DNA from: Terriglobia bacterium
GTDB lineage: Bacteria > Acidobacteriota > Terriglobia > Acidiferrales > UBA7541
NCBI GenBank assembly: GCA_963695545.1
Contig: OY968796.1
Location: forward strand, 2,848,001 to 2,912,000
Direction of reading: 5' to 3'
Length of the DNA stretch: 64,000 bases
In this document: positions 49,185-58,775 of the stretch, in pieces
How the letters are laid out: each line of letters begins with the position of its first letter
Numbering within the stretch: the stretch's first letter is position 1
Made by a program: the position numbers and the translations under genes
The notes under the pieces: generated by a model
Told to the model about the DNA's origin: nothing
Databases searched by the model: none
Seen by the model: only the letters and a program-made list of their open reading frames with translations

Positions 49185-51338
49185 ATGTCGCAACCCGCAC
49201 CGCATCAAGTAACTCTCGACCTGGGTGGACGCCCACTCGTTCTCGAAACCGGCAAAATCGCGAAGCAGGCCAATGGCGCCGTCGTCGCGCGCTATGGTGA
49301 CACCATCGTACTCGTCACCGCCTGCATGGACTCGCGCGCGAACGACAAGGATTTCTTGCCGCTCACCGTCGATTATCGCGAGAACACCTATTCCGCCGGC
49401 AAAATTCCCGGCGGTTTCTTCAAGCGCGAAGGCCGCCCCTCGGAAAAAGAAATCCTCACCTCGCGCCTGATCGATCGCCAGCTGCGTCCGCTGTTCCCCG
49501 AAGCCTGGCGCAATGAAACCCAAGTCGTCGCGCTCGTGCTCTCCGCCGACAGCGAAAACGATCCCGACGTCATCGCCGTCACCGCCGCTTCCGCGGCCGC
49601 CTACATCTCGGATCTCCCGTTCACCACGCCGATTGCCGCCGTGCGCGTCGGCTTGCTCGAAGGCAAATTGATCGTCAATCCGAGCTTCGCGCAGCAAAAA
49701 GTCAGCCTACTCAATATTGTCGTCGCTGGATCGGACGAAGCCATCGTCATGGTCGAAGCCGGCGCTCTTGAAGTTTCTGAAGACACCGTCGCTGACGCAC
49801 TCGCCTTCGGCCACGAGCAAGTGAGGCGCATCATCACGGCGATCCGCGAATTGCACGCGCGCCTCAAGCCTGTGAAGGTCGTCGTCCCGCCTCTCGCGTT
49901 CGACGAAGAACTTGCCGCGCAGATCGAAAAACAGCACGGCGAACGCCTGCACGACGCGCTCGACACCGCCAAGCACCCCAAGAAGGAGAGCCATCACCTC
50001 GTCGGCGCGCTCCTCAAGGAAATCCTCGAAGCGATTCCGGCCGATCAAACCGATCGCCGCAAGCTCGCCGCGCGCGCTTTCGAGCGCCTGCGCGAAAAAT
50101 ATTTCCGCGAAGACATCCTGAATCGCAAGCGCCGTCCCGATGGCCGCGCCTTCGATCAAATCCGCCAAATCACCTGCGAAGTCGGCCTCTTGCCCCGCGT
50201 GCACGGCTCGGCTCTTTTCACGCGCGGCGAAACGCAGGCTCTCGCCACGCTCACGCTCGGCACCAAGGAAGATATGCAGCGCCTCGATCTGCTCTTCGAG
50301 GAAGACGCTTTTCGCCGCTTCATGCTGCATTACAACTTCCCGCCGTTTTCCGTCGGCGAAGTCAAATTCCTGCGCGGCCCCGGCCGCCGCGAAATCGGCC
50401 ACGGCGCGCTCGCCGAACGCGCTCTCGTGAATCTGCTTCCGCCCGAAGCCGATTTCCCCTATGCCATGCGTCTCGTTTCCGACATTCTCGAATCCAACGG
50501 CTCCTCTTCCATGGCCACCGTCTGCGGCGGATCGCTCGCCTTGATGGACGCCGGCGTCCCCATGAAATCCGCTTGCGCCGGAATCGCCATGGGTCTCGTC
50601 GTTGAAGGAGCTAACGCCGCCGTGCTCACCGACATCGCCGGCGCCGAAGATCACTACGGCGATATGGATTTCAAAGTTGCCGGCACGCGCGCCGGAATCA
50701 CCGCGCTTCAAATGGACATCAAAGTGGGCGGCATCAGCGTGGCCCTAATGCGCCAGGCGCTCGAACAAGCTCGCAAGGCCCGTCTGCAAATTCTCGACGT
50801 CATGGACGCCACGCTCACTTCGGGACGCGACGCCATGTCCGTCTACGCGCCGCGCTTGTACATGCTCAGTATTCCCACTGACAAGATTCGCGACCTCATC
50901 GGCCCCGGCGGCAAAAAAATCCGCTCCATCATCGAAGCCACCGGCGTCAAGATCGACGTTATGGACGACGGCAAGGTCCACGTCTTCGCTGGCGACGGCG
51001 AATCCGCCGACAAGGCTCTGCAAATGATCCGCGACGTCACCGCCTCCGCCGAAATCGGGAAAACCTATCTCGGCAAAGTCGTGCGCCTCGCTGAATTCGG
51101 GGCCTTCGTCGAAATTTTCCCCGGCACTGACGGCCTCTTGCACATTAGCGAAATCGCCGAACAGCGCATCCGCGACGTTCGCGACGAACTGAAACTCGGC
51201 GATCAGGTCCTCGTCAAGGTTCTGGCCATCGAAGGCAACAAAATCCGTCTCTCGCGCAAAGCCGTCCTCCGCGAGCAGCGCGAAAAACAACAACAAGCCG
51301 CCCCCGCTCCCGCCACGAGCGAGCCCACGCAGAGCTAG
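49185..51338 (+). CDS. pnp: Polyribonucleotide nucleotidyltransferase (PNPase)
   Basis: ETGKIAKQA, GKIPGGF.KREG, HGSALFTRGETQ, RREIGHG, ESNGSSSMA and GDMDFK motifs, KH and S1 domains; follows rpsO. Confidence 0.98.
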   Translation: MSQPAPHQVTLDLGGRPLVLETGKIAKQANGAVVARYGDTIVLVTACMDSRANDKDFLPLTVDYRENTYSAGKIPGGFFKREGRPSEKEILTSRLIDRQLRPLFPEAWRNETQVVALVLSADSENDPDVIAVTAASAAAYISDLPFTTPIAAVRVGLLEGKLIVNPSFAQQKVSLLNIVVAGSDEAIVMVEAGALEVSEDTVADALAFGHEQVRRIITAIRELHARLKPVKVVVPPLAFDEELAAQIEKQHGERLHDALDTAKHPKKESHHLVGALLKEILEAIPADQTDRRKLAARAFERLREKYFREDILNRKRRPDGRAFDQIRQITCEVGLLPRVHGSALFTRGETQALATLTLGTKEDMQRLDLLFEEDAFRRFMLHYNFPPFSVGEVKFLRGPGRREIGHGALAERALVNLLPPEADFPYAMRLVSDILESNGSSSMATVCGGSLALMDAGVPMKSACAGIAMGLVVEGANAAVLTDIAGAEDHYGDMDFKVAGTRAGITALQMDIKVGGISVALMRQALEQARKARLQILDVMDATLTSGRDAMSVYAPRLYMLSIPTDKIRDLIGPGGKKIRSIIEATGVKIDVMDDGKVHVFAGDGESADKALQMIRDVTASAEIGKTYLGKVVRLAEFGAFVEIFPGTDGLLHISEIAEQRIRDVRDELKLGDQVLVKVLAIEGNKIRLSRKAVLREQREKQQQAAPAPATSEPTQS

Positions 51339-51362
51339 CCGTCCGCGAAGTTATCGGCGGAT

Positions 51363-51407
51363 CCCGTGTGCCCCACACGTCGCCTTTACGTGTGGGGCCT
51401 TTTGTTT
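51363..51407 (+). terminator. REP-like hairpin acting as probable pnp terminator
   Basis: GCCCCACACGT...ACGTGTGGGGC stem followed by CTTTTGTTT; near-identical copy at 53620. Confidence 0.75.
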
Positions 51408-51501
51408 CCTACAGCCACAATTCAGGATTTCTAGCGAGATCAGAATAGGCGCCACAATTGAGTCCAGGGCGCAGACCGTAACTAACATCGCGTAGGTTTA
51501 T

Positions 51502-51532
51502 GTAGCGGAGGCCTTCAGGCCTCCATCTTTTT
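51502..51532 (+). repeat. REP-like element (GTAG + palindrome)
   Basis: GTAG-C-GGAGGCCT-TC-AGGCCTCC followed by T run. Confidence 0.6.
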
Positions 51533-51640
51533 CTTGCGCGCGAAAGAAGGAAAGCCAAACTCCGTCCGCCAAAGCACTTGAACGCAATCCGGCCCTAACC
51601 GCCGACACTCCAGGCCAAAATCGCGCCCCATTCGAAATCC

Positions 51641-51729
51641 AGCCCCGTAGGGGCGGCACATTTTAGCCCAGGGCGGAAGCCCTGGGTACACAAGACGAAT
51701 TCGGGCAAGCCCCGTAGGGGCGACACATT
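51641..51729. repeat. Composite REP-like element
   Basis: AGCCCCGTAGGGGCG-CACATT units at 51641 and 51708 flank an internal hairpin CCCAGGGC-GGAA-GCCCTGGG. Confidence 0.75.
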
Positions 51730-51793
51730 CTTTTCGAATGGCCCGGTTGAGCGCCCCAAACCTCGATTCGAATACTATACTGATAAAATACTC

Positions 51794-51824
51794 TTGACGT
51801 GTGTTGACTCATATGCTATAAGAT
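51794..51824 (+). promoter_or_regulatory. Orphan sigma70-like promoter
   Basis: TTGACG-17 nt-TATAAG (or TAAGAT) with extended TG and AT-rich upstream sequence; no convincing gene downstream on this strand. Confidence 0.5.
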
Positions 51825-52241
51825 GGTATGAAGACCCCCGAATCGTTCGGTATCTCCCGCGTTCTTCGTCTTCCGGCCTCATCTCGCCCCGTCCCTCGCA
51901 CCACAACGTGCACTCAGCGCTCGAAAAACGCCCCAACAAATCGTTCATTTTCAATACCATCCGCACTCATCCAAAAGAGTGCGCATCTCATTGAAAAAAG
52001 GCGATATCAACTCACTTGTTTTCACACTCATCCGCACTCTTCTCCTGGAAGTCCTGTGTTCACATGCTTTTACGTTTTTTGTACCGGGGGTATATATGCC
52101 CCGCCGCTTCCCACACCAAAAGTAACACTTGAACTTGTGGATCTAAACCGCGTGCGATCAATCAACTACGCAGTGCAAGGTGCCGCGGAAGCATGCCGCA
52201 CGATACTCGCCACTCTTCACTCCCCACAAACTACTCGCCCC

Positions 52242-53522
52242 TCACGCCGCACTCCCAATGCGCTCAATCCTCGCGCCCACGCCGCTGAGTTTCTCCACGA
52301 TCCGCTCGTACCCGCGATCGATATGGTAAACGCGATCGATAATCGTTTCGCCCTGCGCCACCAACCCCGCCAGCACCAGCGACGCGCTCGCGCGCAAGTC
52401 CGATGCGATCACCGTTGTGCCCGTCAGCGCCGCCGGACCGTGCACCACCGCTCGATTCGTCTCAATCGAGATGTTCGCGCCCATGCGCACCATCTCGCTC
52501 GCGTGCATGAACCGATTCTCAAAAATCGTCTCGGTAATCGCGGAATCTCCGTTGGCCTGCGTCATCAACGCCATGAATTGCGCCTGCATGTCCGTCGCGA
52601 ACCCGGGATACTCCTCGGTTTTCACGTCGGCCGCGATCAATTTCTTCGGCGCGCGCACGCGCAGCGCGCTCGCGCCTTCCGGGCGTATATCGACCCCGGT
52701 TTCCTTCAACTTCGCGATCACCGCGCCCAGGTGCCCCGGCTCGCAGCGCTCCAGCAGCAATTCTCCCCCGGTGATCGCGGCCGCCACCAGGAATGTACCC
52801 GCCTCGATGCGATCGGGAATGATCCGGTGCGTAGCCCCGCGCAATCGCGCAACACCGCGCACGCGCAGCGTCGAAGTTCCCTCGCCTTCAATCTCGGCGC
52901 CCATCTTGATCAGCAAGTCCGCCAAATCCGAAATCTCCGGCTCCCGCGCCGCGTTGTCAATCCGCGTCTCGCCGTCCGCCAGCGCCGCGGCCATCATCAG
53001 ATTCTCCGTGCCCGTCACCGTAATCTTTTCAAACACGATGTGCGCGCCGCGCAGCCGCCCGCTGCCCGGCGCGCGCGCTTCCACGTAACCGTGCTCGGTC
53101 GAAATCTGCGCGCCCATCAATTCGAGCGCCTTCAGATGCAAATCCACCGGACGCGCCCCGATCGCGCATCCGCCCGGCAACGAAACCCGCGCATGCCCCA
53201 GGCGCCCCACCAGCGGCCCCAGCGTCAGAATCGAAGCGCGCATGGTCTTCACCAGCTCATAAGGAGCCTCGGCGCCGGAAATCCGTTTGGCTTCGATCGT
53301 CATCTTCGTTGTCGGCAATTCCGGCGTCTCCACGCGCGCGTCCATATGGGCCAGCAACTTGCTCATGGTGATGATGTCACGCACATGTGGAACGTTCTCA
53401 AGTCGCACGGGTTCGTCGGTCAACAGCGCAGCGGCCATCGCCGGCAGCGCCGCGTTCTTCGCTCCGCTGATGGTCACGCGCCCTTCCAGGCGCCGTCCGC
53501 CTTCAATGCGAAACTTATCCAT
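52242..53522 (-). CDS. murA: UDP-N-acetylglucosamine 1-carboxyvinyltransferase
   Basis: SGAKNAALP, KTMRAS, LPGGCAIGARPVDLH, DRIEAGT, ENRFMH and HIDRGYE motifs. Confidence 0.98.
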   Translation of the reverse strand: MDKFRIEGGRRLEGRVTISGAKNAALPAMAAALLTDEPVRLENVPHVRDIITMSKLLAHMDARVETPELPTTKMTIEAKRISGAEAPYELVKTMRASILTLGPLVGRLGHARVSLPGGCAIGARPVDLHLKALELMGAQISTEHGYVEARAPGSGRLRGAHIVFEKITVTGTENLMMAAALADGETRIDNAAREPEISDLADLLIKMGAEIEGEGTSTLRVRGVARLRGATHRIIPDRIEAGTFLVAAAITGGELLLERCEPGHLGAVIAKLKETGVDIRPEGASALRVRAPKKLIAADVKTEEYPGFATDMQAQFMALMTQANGDSAITETIFENRFMHASEMVRMGANISIETNRAVVHGPAALTGTTVIASDLRASASLVLAGLVAQGETIIDRVYHIDRGYERIVEKLSGVGARIERIGSAA

Positions 53523-53619
53523 TTGTCTCCGAGTCCTTACCGCGCTTCTCAGCTCTCTAAGCTTCCTCGCGCTCGATTCTCGACGTCCTCGCACGGCCGA
53601 TTTTCGGCGCAGCCGTTTC

Positions 53620-53660
53620 CCCGTGTGCCCCACACGTCGGTTTCACGTGTGGGGTCTTTG
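53620..53660 (+). repeat. Second copy of the CCCGTGTGCCCCACACGTCG REP-like hairpin
   Basis: First 20 bp identical to 51363-51382; stem ACGTGTGGGG conserved; contains the murQ stop codon. Confidence 0.85.
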
Positions 53661-54617
53661 ACGTTTCCCGACGGGCGCGTCCCATCGCCCGCCCAGCAAC
53701 GCGCGCCGCACATTACCGCCCGCCGCGTCCAATCGCCGACGCGCTTCCACCGCGCCCACGTCGGCTTTCAACATCACCAGCGCTACACGCAACCGGTCTG
53801 CGCGAAGCGCATTGATTTTACCGTGTCCCGATTGACGCATCGCCTGTGCCGCGCGCGCCACGCTTGCGCCGCTGGATTCCTCGAGAATCCGCAATCCGCG
53901 CCGCCGCAGCTTGCGATTCGTCAGCGCCACGCCGACCATCCAATTGTCGTACACGCGCCCGAGCCGCACCATCGCCGCGGTACTCAGCAGATTCAGCACC
54001 ATCTTCTGCGCCGTGCCGGCCTTGAGGCGCGTCGAGCCCGCAATCGCTTCCGGCCCCGTCTCGACGACAATCGCAATCTGCGCCGCGCGCCCGAGCGGCG
54101 TTCCGCGATTGCTCGCGATCCCAATCGTCATCGCCCCTCGCCGCCGCGCGAATTCGAGCGCGCCCAAAACGTATGGCGTCGTTCCGCTCGCCGCGATTCC
54201 GACCACCACGTCGCGCGCCGAAACCTTGCGCTTCGCCAAATCGCGCGCGCCCTGCGCCGCCGAATCCTCCGCGCCTTCGCTGGCCTCGGTCAGCGCGCGC
54301 CGTCCGCCCGCGAGCACGGCCTGAATCATTCCGCGTGGCGTGCCGAATGTCGGCGGGCACTCCGCCGCATCGAGCGCCGCCAGCCGTCCGCTCGTGCCCG
54401 CGCCGACATAAAAAAGTCTGCCGCCGCTTCCAACCGCTTTCGCGATCGCATCCACCGCGCGCGCAATCGCTGGCAGCGCGCGCCGCACTGCTGGCGCCAC
54501 ACCCGCGTCCTCGCGATTCATCGCGCGCACCACTTCGAGCGTGCTGCGCACATCGAGTCCGCGCGTGTGCGGGTTCCGCCGCTCCGTCGCTCTCGTCAAT
54601 TTACGCGCGCGTTTCAC
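53643..54617 (-). CDS. murQ: N-acetylmuramic acid 6-phosphate etherase
   Basis: TERRNP, GAGTSGRL, DAAECPPTF, EGAED, GIAASG.TPYV and GSTRLKAGTAQK motifs. Confidence 0.95.
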   Translation of the reverse strand: MKRARKLTRATERRNPHTRGLDVRSTLEVVRAMNREDAGVAPAVRRALPAIARAVDAIAKAVGSGGRLFYVGAGTSGRLAALDAAECPPTFGTPRGMIQAVLAGGRRALTEASEGAEDSAAQGARDLAKRKVSARDVVVGIAASGTTPYVLGALEFARRRGAMTIGIASNRGTPLGRAAQIAIVVETGPEAIAGSTRLKAGTAQKMVLNLLSTAAMVRLGRVYDNWMVGVALTNRKLRRRGLRILEESSGASVARAAQAMRQSGHGKINALRADRLRVALVMLKADVGAVEARRRLDAAGGNVRRALLGGRWDAPVGKRQRPHT

Positions 54618-54788
54618 AGCCGCGATTATAACCGCGCCGCCGTGGACGCCGTGGCAACGTTATTGCCGGGTGTTCCTCGGGACAGTGGCATCTTGCGCGT
54701 CACGCCCGGAAATTTGTGGTTGGCATTTCTAAACGCCCATGTAGAATACGGCCTCGTCTTCATTTGCACCGGAGCGCCACAGGGAACC

Positions 54789-55691
54789 GTGAAACGCGGC
54801 ATCCATCAAAGCAACGCAATTCGCGCGCGCCGGTCGCGCCTGATTTTGATTGTCCTCGCATGCCTGGCTCTTCTCGCGTCGTTTTCGCCGCCGGCGTTTG
54901 CCCGCTCCACGCGCGTCGCACGCTCCACACGCGCCGCCCGCGCTGCGCGCATGGCGCGCGCTGCCAGATACGCCAGGGCCACTCGCTCGACCAGAACTCC
55001 GCGCCCCGTCGTTCGCGACAACTTTCGCACAACTTTTCCCGAACCAGCCGCGCGTGTCCATCGCGCGCTGTGGACGCCGCTGTTCCGTCCGTCGCACGAA
55101 TCCATGGTGATTCAGAACGAAGAAATCGATCGGCTCGGTCTGCCGCGCATCCAGAATCAGGAGCAGCTCGACGAACTGGTCGAGAGCGGAGACTTGGTTC
55201 CCATCGTTCCGAATCAAACTCTGCGCATTGATCCGCGCCTTGATCCCGATCGCCGCTATTGCCGTCCGTGGACGCTCGATTTCGTGAACGATCTAAGCGA
55301 AGCTTATTTCCGCGAGTTCCACGACCAGATTCAAATCAATTCCGCCGTTCGCACCGTCGAAGTGCAGGAGCAGCTGCGCCGCTACAATTCAAATGCCGCG
55401 CCCGAGTCGGGCGATCTGGCCTCCTCTCATTTGGCCGGCATCACCGTGGATATCCAGCGTCTCGGCATGACCATGCCCGAGATCAAGTGGGTCGAACAAT
55501 ATATGTTGCCGCTCCACGATGCGGGCTTGATCGAGCCCGAAGAAGAGCGCCATCAGCGCTGCTTCCACGTGATGGTCTCGAATCGTTATGAAGACTGGCG
55601 CGCACCGCAAGCGCGCGCCGGCACCGGCTCCGATGCGGCGCCCGATGACACCACACACGCTTCGCCGGACCCATCGGACGCGCCGCAGTAA
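54789..55691 (+). CDS. DUF5715-like exported protein (Hedgehog/DD-peptidase-like Zn motif)
   Basis: GTG start, signal-like segment, Arg-rich linker, NSAVRT, NSNAA, SSHLAGITVDI and EE..Q.CFHVMV; real 3' part of the 1287 aa shadow ORF. Confidence 0.7.
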   Translation: MKRGIHQSNAIRARRSRLILIVLACLALLASFSPPAFARSTRVARSTRAARAARMARAARYARATRSTRTPRPVVRDNFRTTFPEPAARVHRALWTPLFRPSHESMVIQNEEIDRLGLPRIQNQEQLDELVESGDLVPIVPNQTLRIDPRLDPDRRYCRPWTLDFVNDLSEAYFREFHDQIQINSAVRTVEVQEQLRRYNSNAAPESGDLASSHLAGITVDIQRLGMTMPEIKWVEQYMLPLHDAGLIEPEEERHQRCFHVMVSNRYEDWRAPQARAGTGSDAAPDDTTHASPDPSDAPQ

Positions 55692-55731
55692 TTTTCTGAG
55701 GTTTGTTTCACCGGAACGCGGCGGAAAAAAA

Positions 55732-58632
55732 TCAGGGCGTTCCGAGTCCCAGGCCCGCGAGAATCGCGTCGTGCACTGCAGGCCGAGCCTGCACAATTTT
55801 CTCGTTCTCGCGCGTCGGGTAAACGCGATTCGTCAGCAGCACCACGAACAAATCGCGCGATGGGTCGATCCAGATTGAAGTGCCGGTGAATCCAAGATGT
55901 CCGAAAGTTCCCGGCGCAAAGTAATGCCCGCTCGCGGAATCCGCCGTCGGCAGCATCCAGCCGAGCGTGCGCGTCGCCGGCGCCAGCGGCGCGGGCGAAG
56001 TGAATTGCGCGATGGTCGCGCGCTGAAGCATTCGCCGGTGCGCATAAATGCCGCCGTTCAGCAGCATCTGGCAGAACGCGGCAAGGTCCGGCGCGCTCGC
56101 GAACATCCCCGCGTGCCCCGCCACGCCGCCCATCGCGAACGCATTCTCGTCGTGAACTTCGCCGTGAATTAAACGCTTCCTCCACGTCGCGTCCATTTCG
56201 GTCGGCGCGATCTGCAACATCAGCGCGGCCGGCGGGCGATACATCGCGTGCGTCATACCGAGCGGATCGAAAATTCGTTCGCGCGCCAGTTGATCGAGCG
56301 GCCGCCCCGTTACTCGCTGCACAATTTCGCCGAGCAAAATAAATCCAAGATCCGAATAAACCGATTGCGTTCCCGGTTCGTACGCCAGCGGTACGGCGCA
56401 AATCGCTGCGATCATTTCCTGCGGCGTCTTCACCGTCTTGTAAAAATCTTCGTGCGCCGGCAATCCCGAAGTGTGCGTGAGCAAATATCGCAGCGTGACT
56501 TTCGCTCTCCACTCCGGCTGCGGCCCCGTCGCCCATTCCGGAATGTAGCGCGCCACCGGCGCATCGAGATCGAGTTGCCCCGCTTCCGTCAGCATCGCCA
56601 CAAGCGTCGTCGTCACCACGGATTTCGTGAGCGACGCCGCGTCGTACATCGTATCCGCCGTAACGGCAGGCGATGTCGCGTCGTAAGTCTGCCGCCCAAA
56701 CGCGTGCACCGCGAGTTGTCCGTTGTATCCGACGGCGACGACTCCTCCCGGGAACGCGCGATCGGTCACGGCCGCGTCAAGCGCGGCGTATGCTGGCGCG
56801 AGTTTTGTTTCCATCGCGGCATCGGCCGGAACAAGTTTCATCGGATTCGCGGGCACATCGATCCCCGCGCCCAGCGCGGCCCCCCCGGGAATCGTCACCG
56901 GCAATCGTCCGCCTATTGCAACCTGACCAAACATCGCGCGCCCCACGGCGCGCTGTGCCACGTCGGAAGTGCTGAATGCGGCGATCCAGGTTTTTGCATT
57001 TGGAAATCGCGACTGAAGATATGGACTGCCGAAGCACGCCACAATCGATGTTTTACCCGACGCGAGCACCGCATTCACCAGCGCCGCTTCGTCGTCCGGC
57101 AATCCGACCGAGCCTTTGCGGTCCGCCACTTGAACCAGCACGGCCGCGATGGCCACGTCATAGCTCGAAGCTGGCGGCAACTTTATCTGCGCCGCGCTCG
57201 AAAATCGTGTGTCGGCGCGCAGCACTTGCAGCGAATCGACGCGCGGCCGAATCTCCTGCTCGAAATCTCCGCCCGGGTTGGGATTCGGATCGGCCGAAAC
57301 AATCACCAGCAACACGCGCAGCGGCCGCGTGGAATCGAGCGGCAGCGCGTGCTGCGAATCGGTCAGCAGCGTCACGCCGCGATCGGCAATATCCTGCGCC
57401 GTGCGCTCGAATTCCGGCTTGCCGAGCGTTTTCGCGATGTCGTCGAGGTTCACAAATCGCTGCGTCTCGAGATTCAAGTGAGCCTTGGCGACCAGAATGT
57501 GCGTCACCGCATCGTCGATGCGAGAGATTGGGATGCGCTTGCTCACGACCGCTTCGCGCAGCGCGGCAAACGCCGCATCGGGGGTTGGTGGAATCAGTAG
57601 CACATCAGCACCGGCAAGCACGGCGCGCACCGCGGCTTCTCCGGGAGGATAGATTGCCGTGACGCCGCCCATGTCCATCGCGTCAGTGACGACGAGGCCG
57701 CGAAATCCCATGGTCTTGCGCAATAGATCGGTGGTAATCAACGGCGAAAGCGACGCCGGAACTTTCGGATCGGGATCAAGCGCGAGCACAGCCAAGTGAC
57801 CCGTCATGATTGTGCTCGCGCCCGCGGCGATCGCCGCGCGAAACGGCGCGAGGTCCACGCGATCGAGCTGCGCGCGATCCTCGGTGACTGTGGGCAGCGC
57901 AAGATGCGAATCGGTGCTGGTATCGCCGTGTCCGGGGAAATGTTTCGCGGAAGCCAGCGCGCCGTTTTCCTCCACGCCGCGCACAAACGCGGCCACGAAT
58001 TCGGAAACGCGCTCCGGATCTTCGCCGAACGAACGCGTGTTGATGATGGGATTAGCGGGATTGCTATTCACGTCCGCGTCCGGCGCGAGCACCCAATTCA
58101 CTCCGACGGCGCGCGCTTCAATCGCGGTGATTCGGCCCATCGCATAGGCGTCGGCGGGGCGGCCCGTCGCGGCCACGGCCATGGCGTGCGGAAACGAAGT
58201 GCCTTCATCGAGACGCATGGCGGTGCCGCGCTCGAAATCCGCCGCGACCAGGAGCGGAATTGCCGCGCGCCGTTGCAAGTCGTTCGCCAGAATCGCTGTG
58301 GGATACGCCTGGCTGAAAGTCAGGCCCGTCGGAGTCACCTGCGTTTTCAGAATGAAGCCGCCGACGTGCAGTTGCTCGACATCGCGCACCAGCTCGCGAT
58401 GCTCGGGACTCTCCGCCGGGGTGAATCCGCCGTAGTAGTAGACCACCAGTAGCTGCCCGATCTTCTGATCGAGCGTCATTTTTGCCAAAGTGTCGCGCAC
58501 CCAGCGCTCGCTCGCGGCGCTATCGGTTGAGCGAGCAGATGCGGCTTGTTTCGGGCGCGTGGGTTTGGCGGTGCCCGCGGTGCGTGCCATCAGAAGAATG
58601 GAGAGCAGAAGCAGCCAGACATTCGTTTTCAC
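55732..58632 (-). CDS. GH3 beta-N-acetylglucosaminidase (NagZ-type) fused to a beta-lactamase-family serine hydrolase
   Basis: ADFERG, KHFPGHGDTSTDSH and VTDAMDM (GH3 NagZ); SLTK, YSDLG, GVAGHAG and GHLGFTGT (serine hydrolase); signal peptide. Confidence 0.92.
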   Translation of the reverse strand: MKTNVWLLLLSILLMARTAGTAKPTRPKQAASARSTDSAASERWVRDTLAKMTLDQKIGQLLVVYYYGGFTPAESPEHRELVRDVEQLHVGGFILKTQVTPTGLTFSQAYPTAILANDLQRRAAIPLLVAADFERGTAMRLDEGTSFPHAMAVAATGRPADAYAMGRITAIEARAVGVNWVLAPDADVNSNPANPIINTRSFGEDPERVSEFVAAFVRGVEENGALASAKHFPGHGDTSTDSHLALPTVTEDRAQLDRVDLAPFRAAIAAGASTIMTGHLAVLALDPDPKVPASLSPLITTDLLRKTMGFRGLVVTDAMDMGGVTAIYPPGEAAVRAVLAGADVLLIPPTPDAAFAALREAVVSKRIPISRIDDAVTHILVAKAHLNLETQRFVNLDDIAKTLGKPEFERTAQDIADRGVTLLTDSQHALPLDSTRPLRVLLVIVSADPNPNPGGDFEQEIRPRVDSLQVLRADTRFSSAAQIKLPPASSYDVAIAAVLVQVADRKGSVGLPDDEAALVNAVLASGKTSIVACFGSPYLQSRFPNAKTWIAAFSTSDVAQRAVGRAMFGQVAIGGRLPVTIPGGAALGAGIDVPANPMKLVPADAAMETKLAPAYAALDAAVTDRAFPGGVVAVGYNGQLAVHAFGRQTYDATSPAVTADTMYDAASLTKSVVTTTLVAMLTEAGQLDLDAPVARYIPEWATGPQPEWRAKVTLRYLLTHTSGLPAHEDFYKTVKTPQEMIAAICAVPLAYEPGTQSVYSDLGFILLGEIVQRVTGRPLDQLARERIFDPLGMTHAMYRPPAALMLQIAPTEMDATWRKRLIHGEVHDENAFAMGGVAGHAGMFASAPDLAAFCQMLLNGGIYAHRRMLQRATIAQFTSPAPLAPATRTLGWMLPTADSASGHYFAPGTFGHLGFTGTSIWIDPSRDLFVVLLTNRVYPTRENEKIVQARPAVHDAILAGLGLGTP

Positions 58633-58775
58633 GTCCGCGGCCGGTCGCGCGAAGTTGACGCGTGCATCGTGTGGCAGTATATAGCACGGCGCTCGCAGCG
58701 GACAATGAGGCCGCCGCACGTTGCGGCACAAATTCGCCAACATGCGCCGCGCTGCGCTTCGAGACTGAAAATAAA

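Noticed and set aside
51641..51729. Possible mini-CRISPR array
   Set aside because: Only two short repeat units, the spacer is itself a hairpin, and there are no cas genes; fits a REP-like element better
51828..55691. 1287 aa plus-strand ORF
   Set aside because: Mostly the antisense shadow of murA and murQ (Arg/His/Pro-rich, typical of high-GC DNA); only the part from ~54789 looks like a real protein, although a promoter does sit just before ATG 51828
55732..56800. Beta-lactamase domain as an antibiotic-resistance gene
   Set aside because: It is fused to NagZ in a recycling locus; more consistent with an AmiE-like cell-wall amidase or esterase
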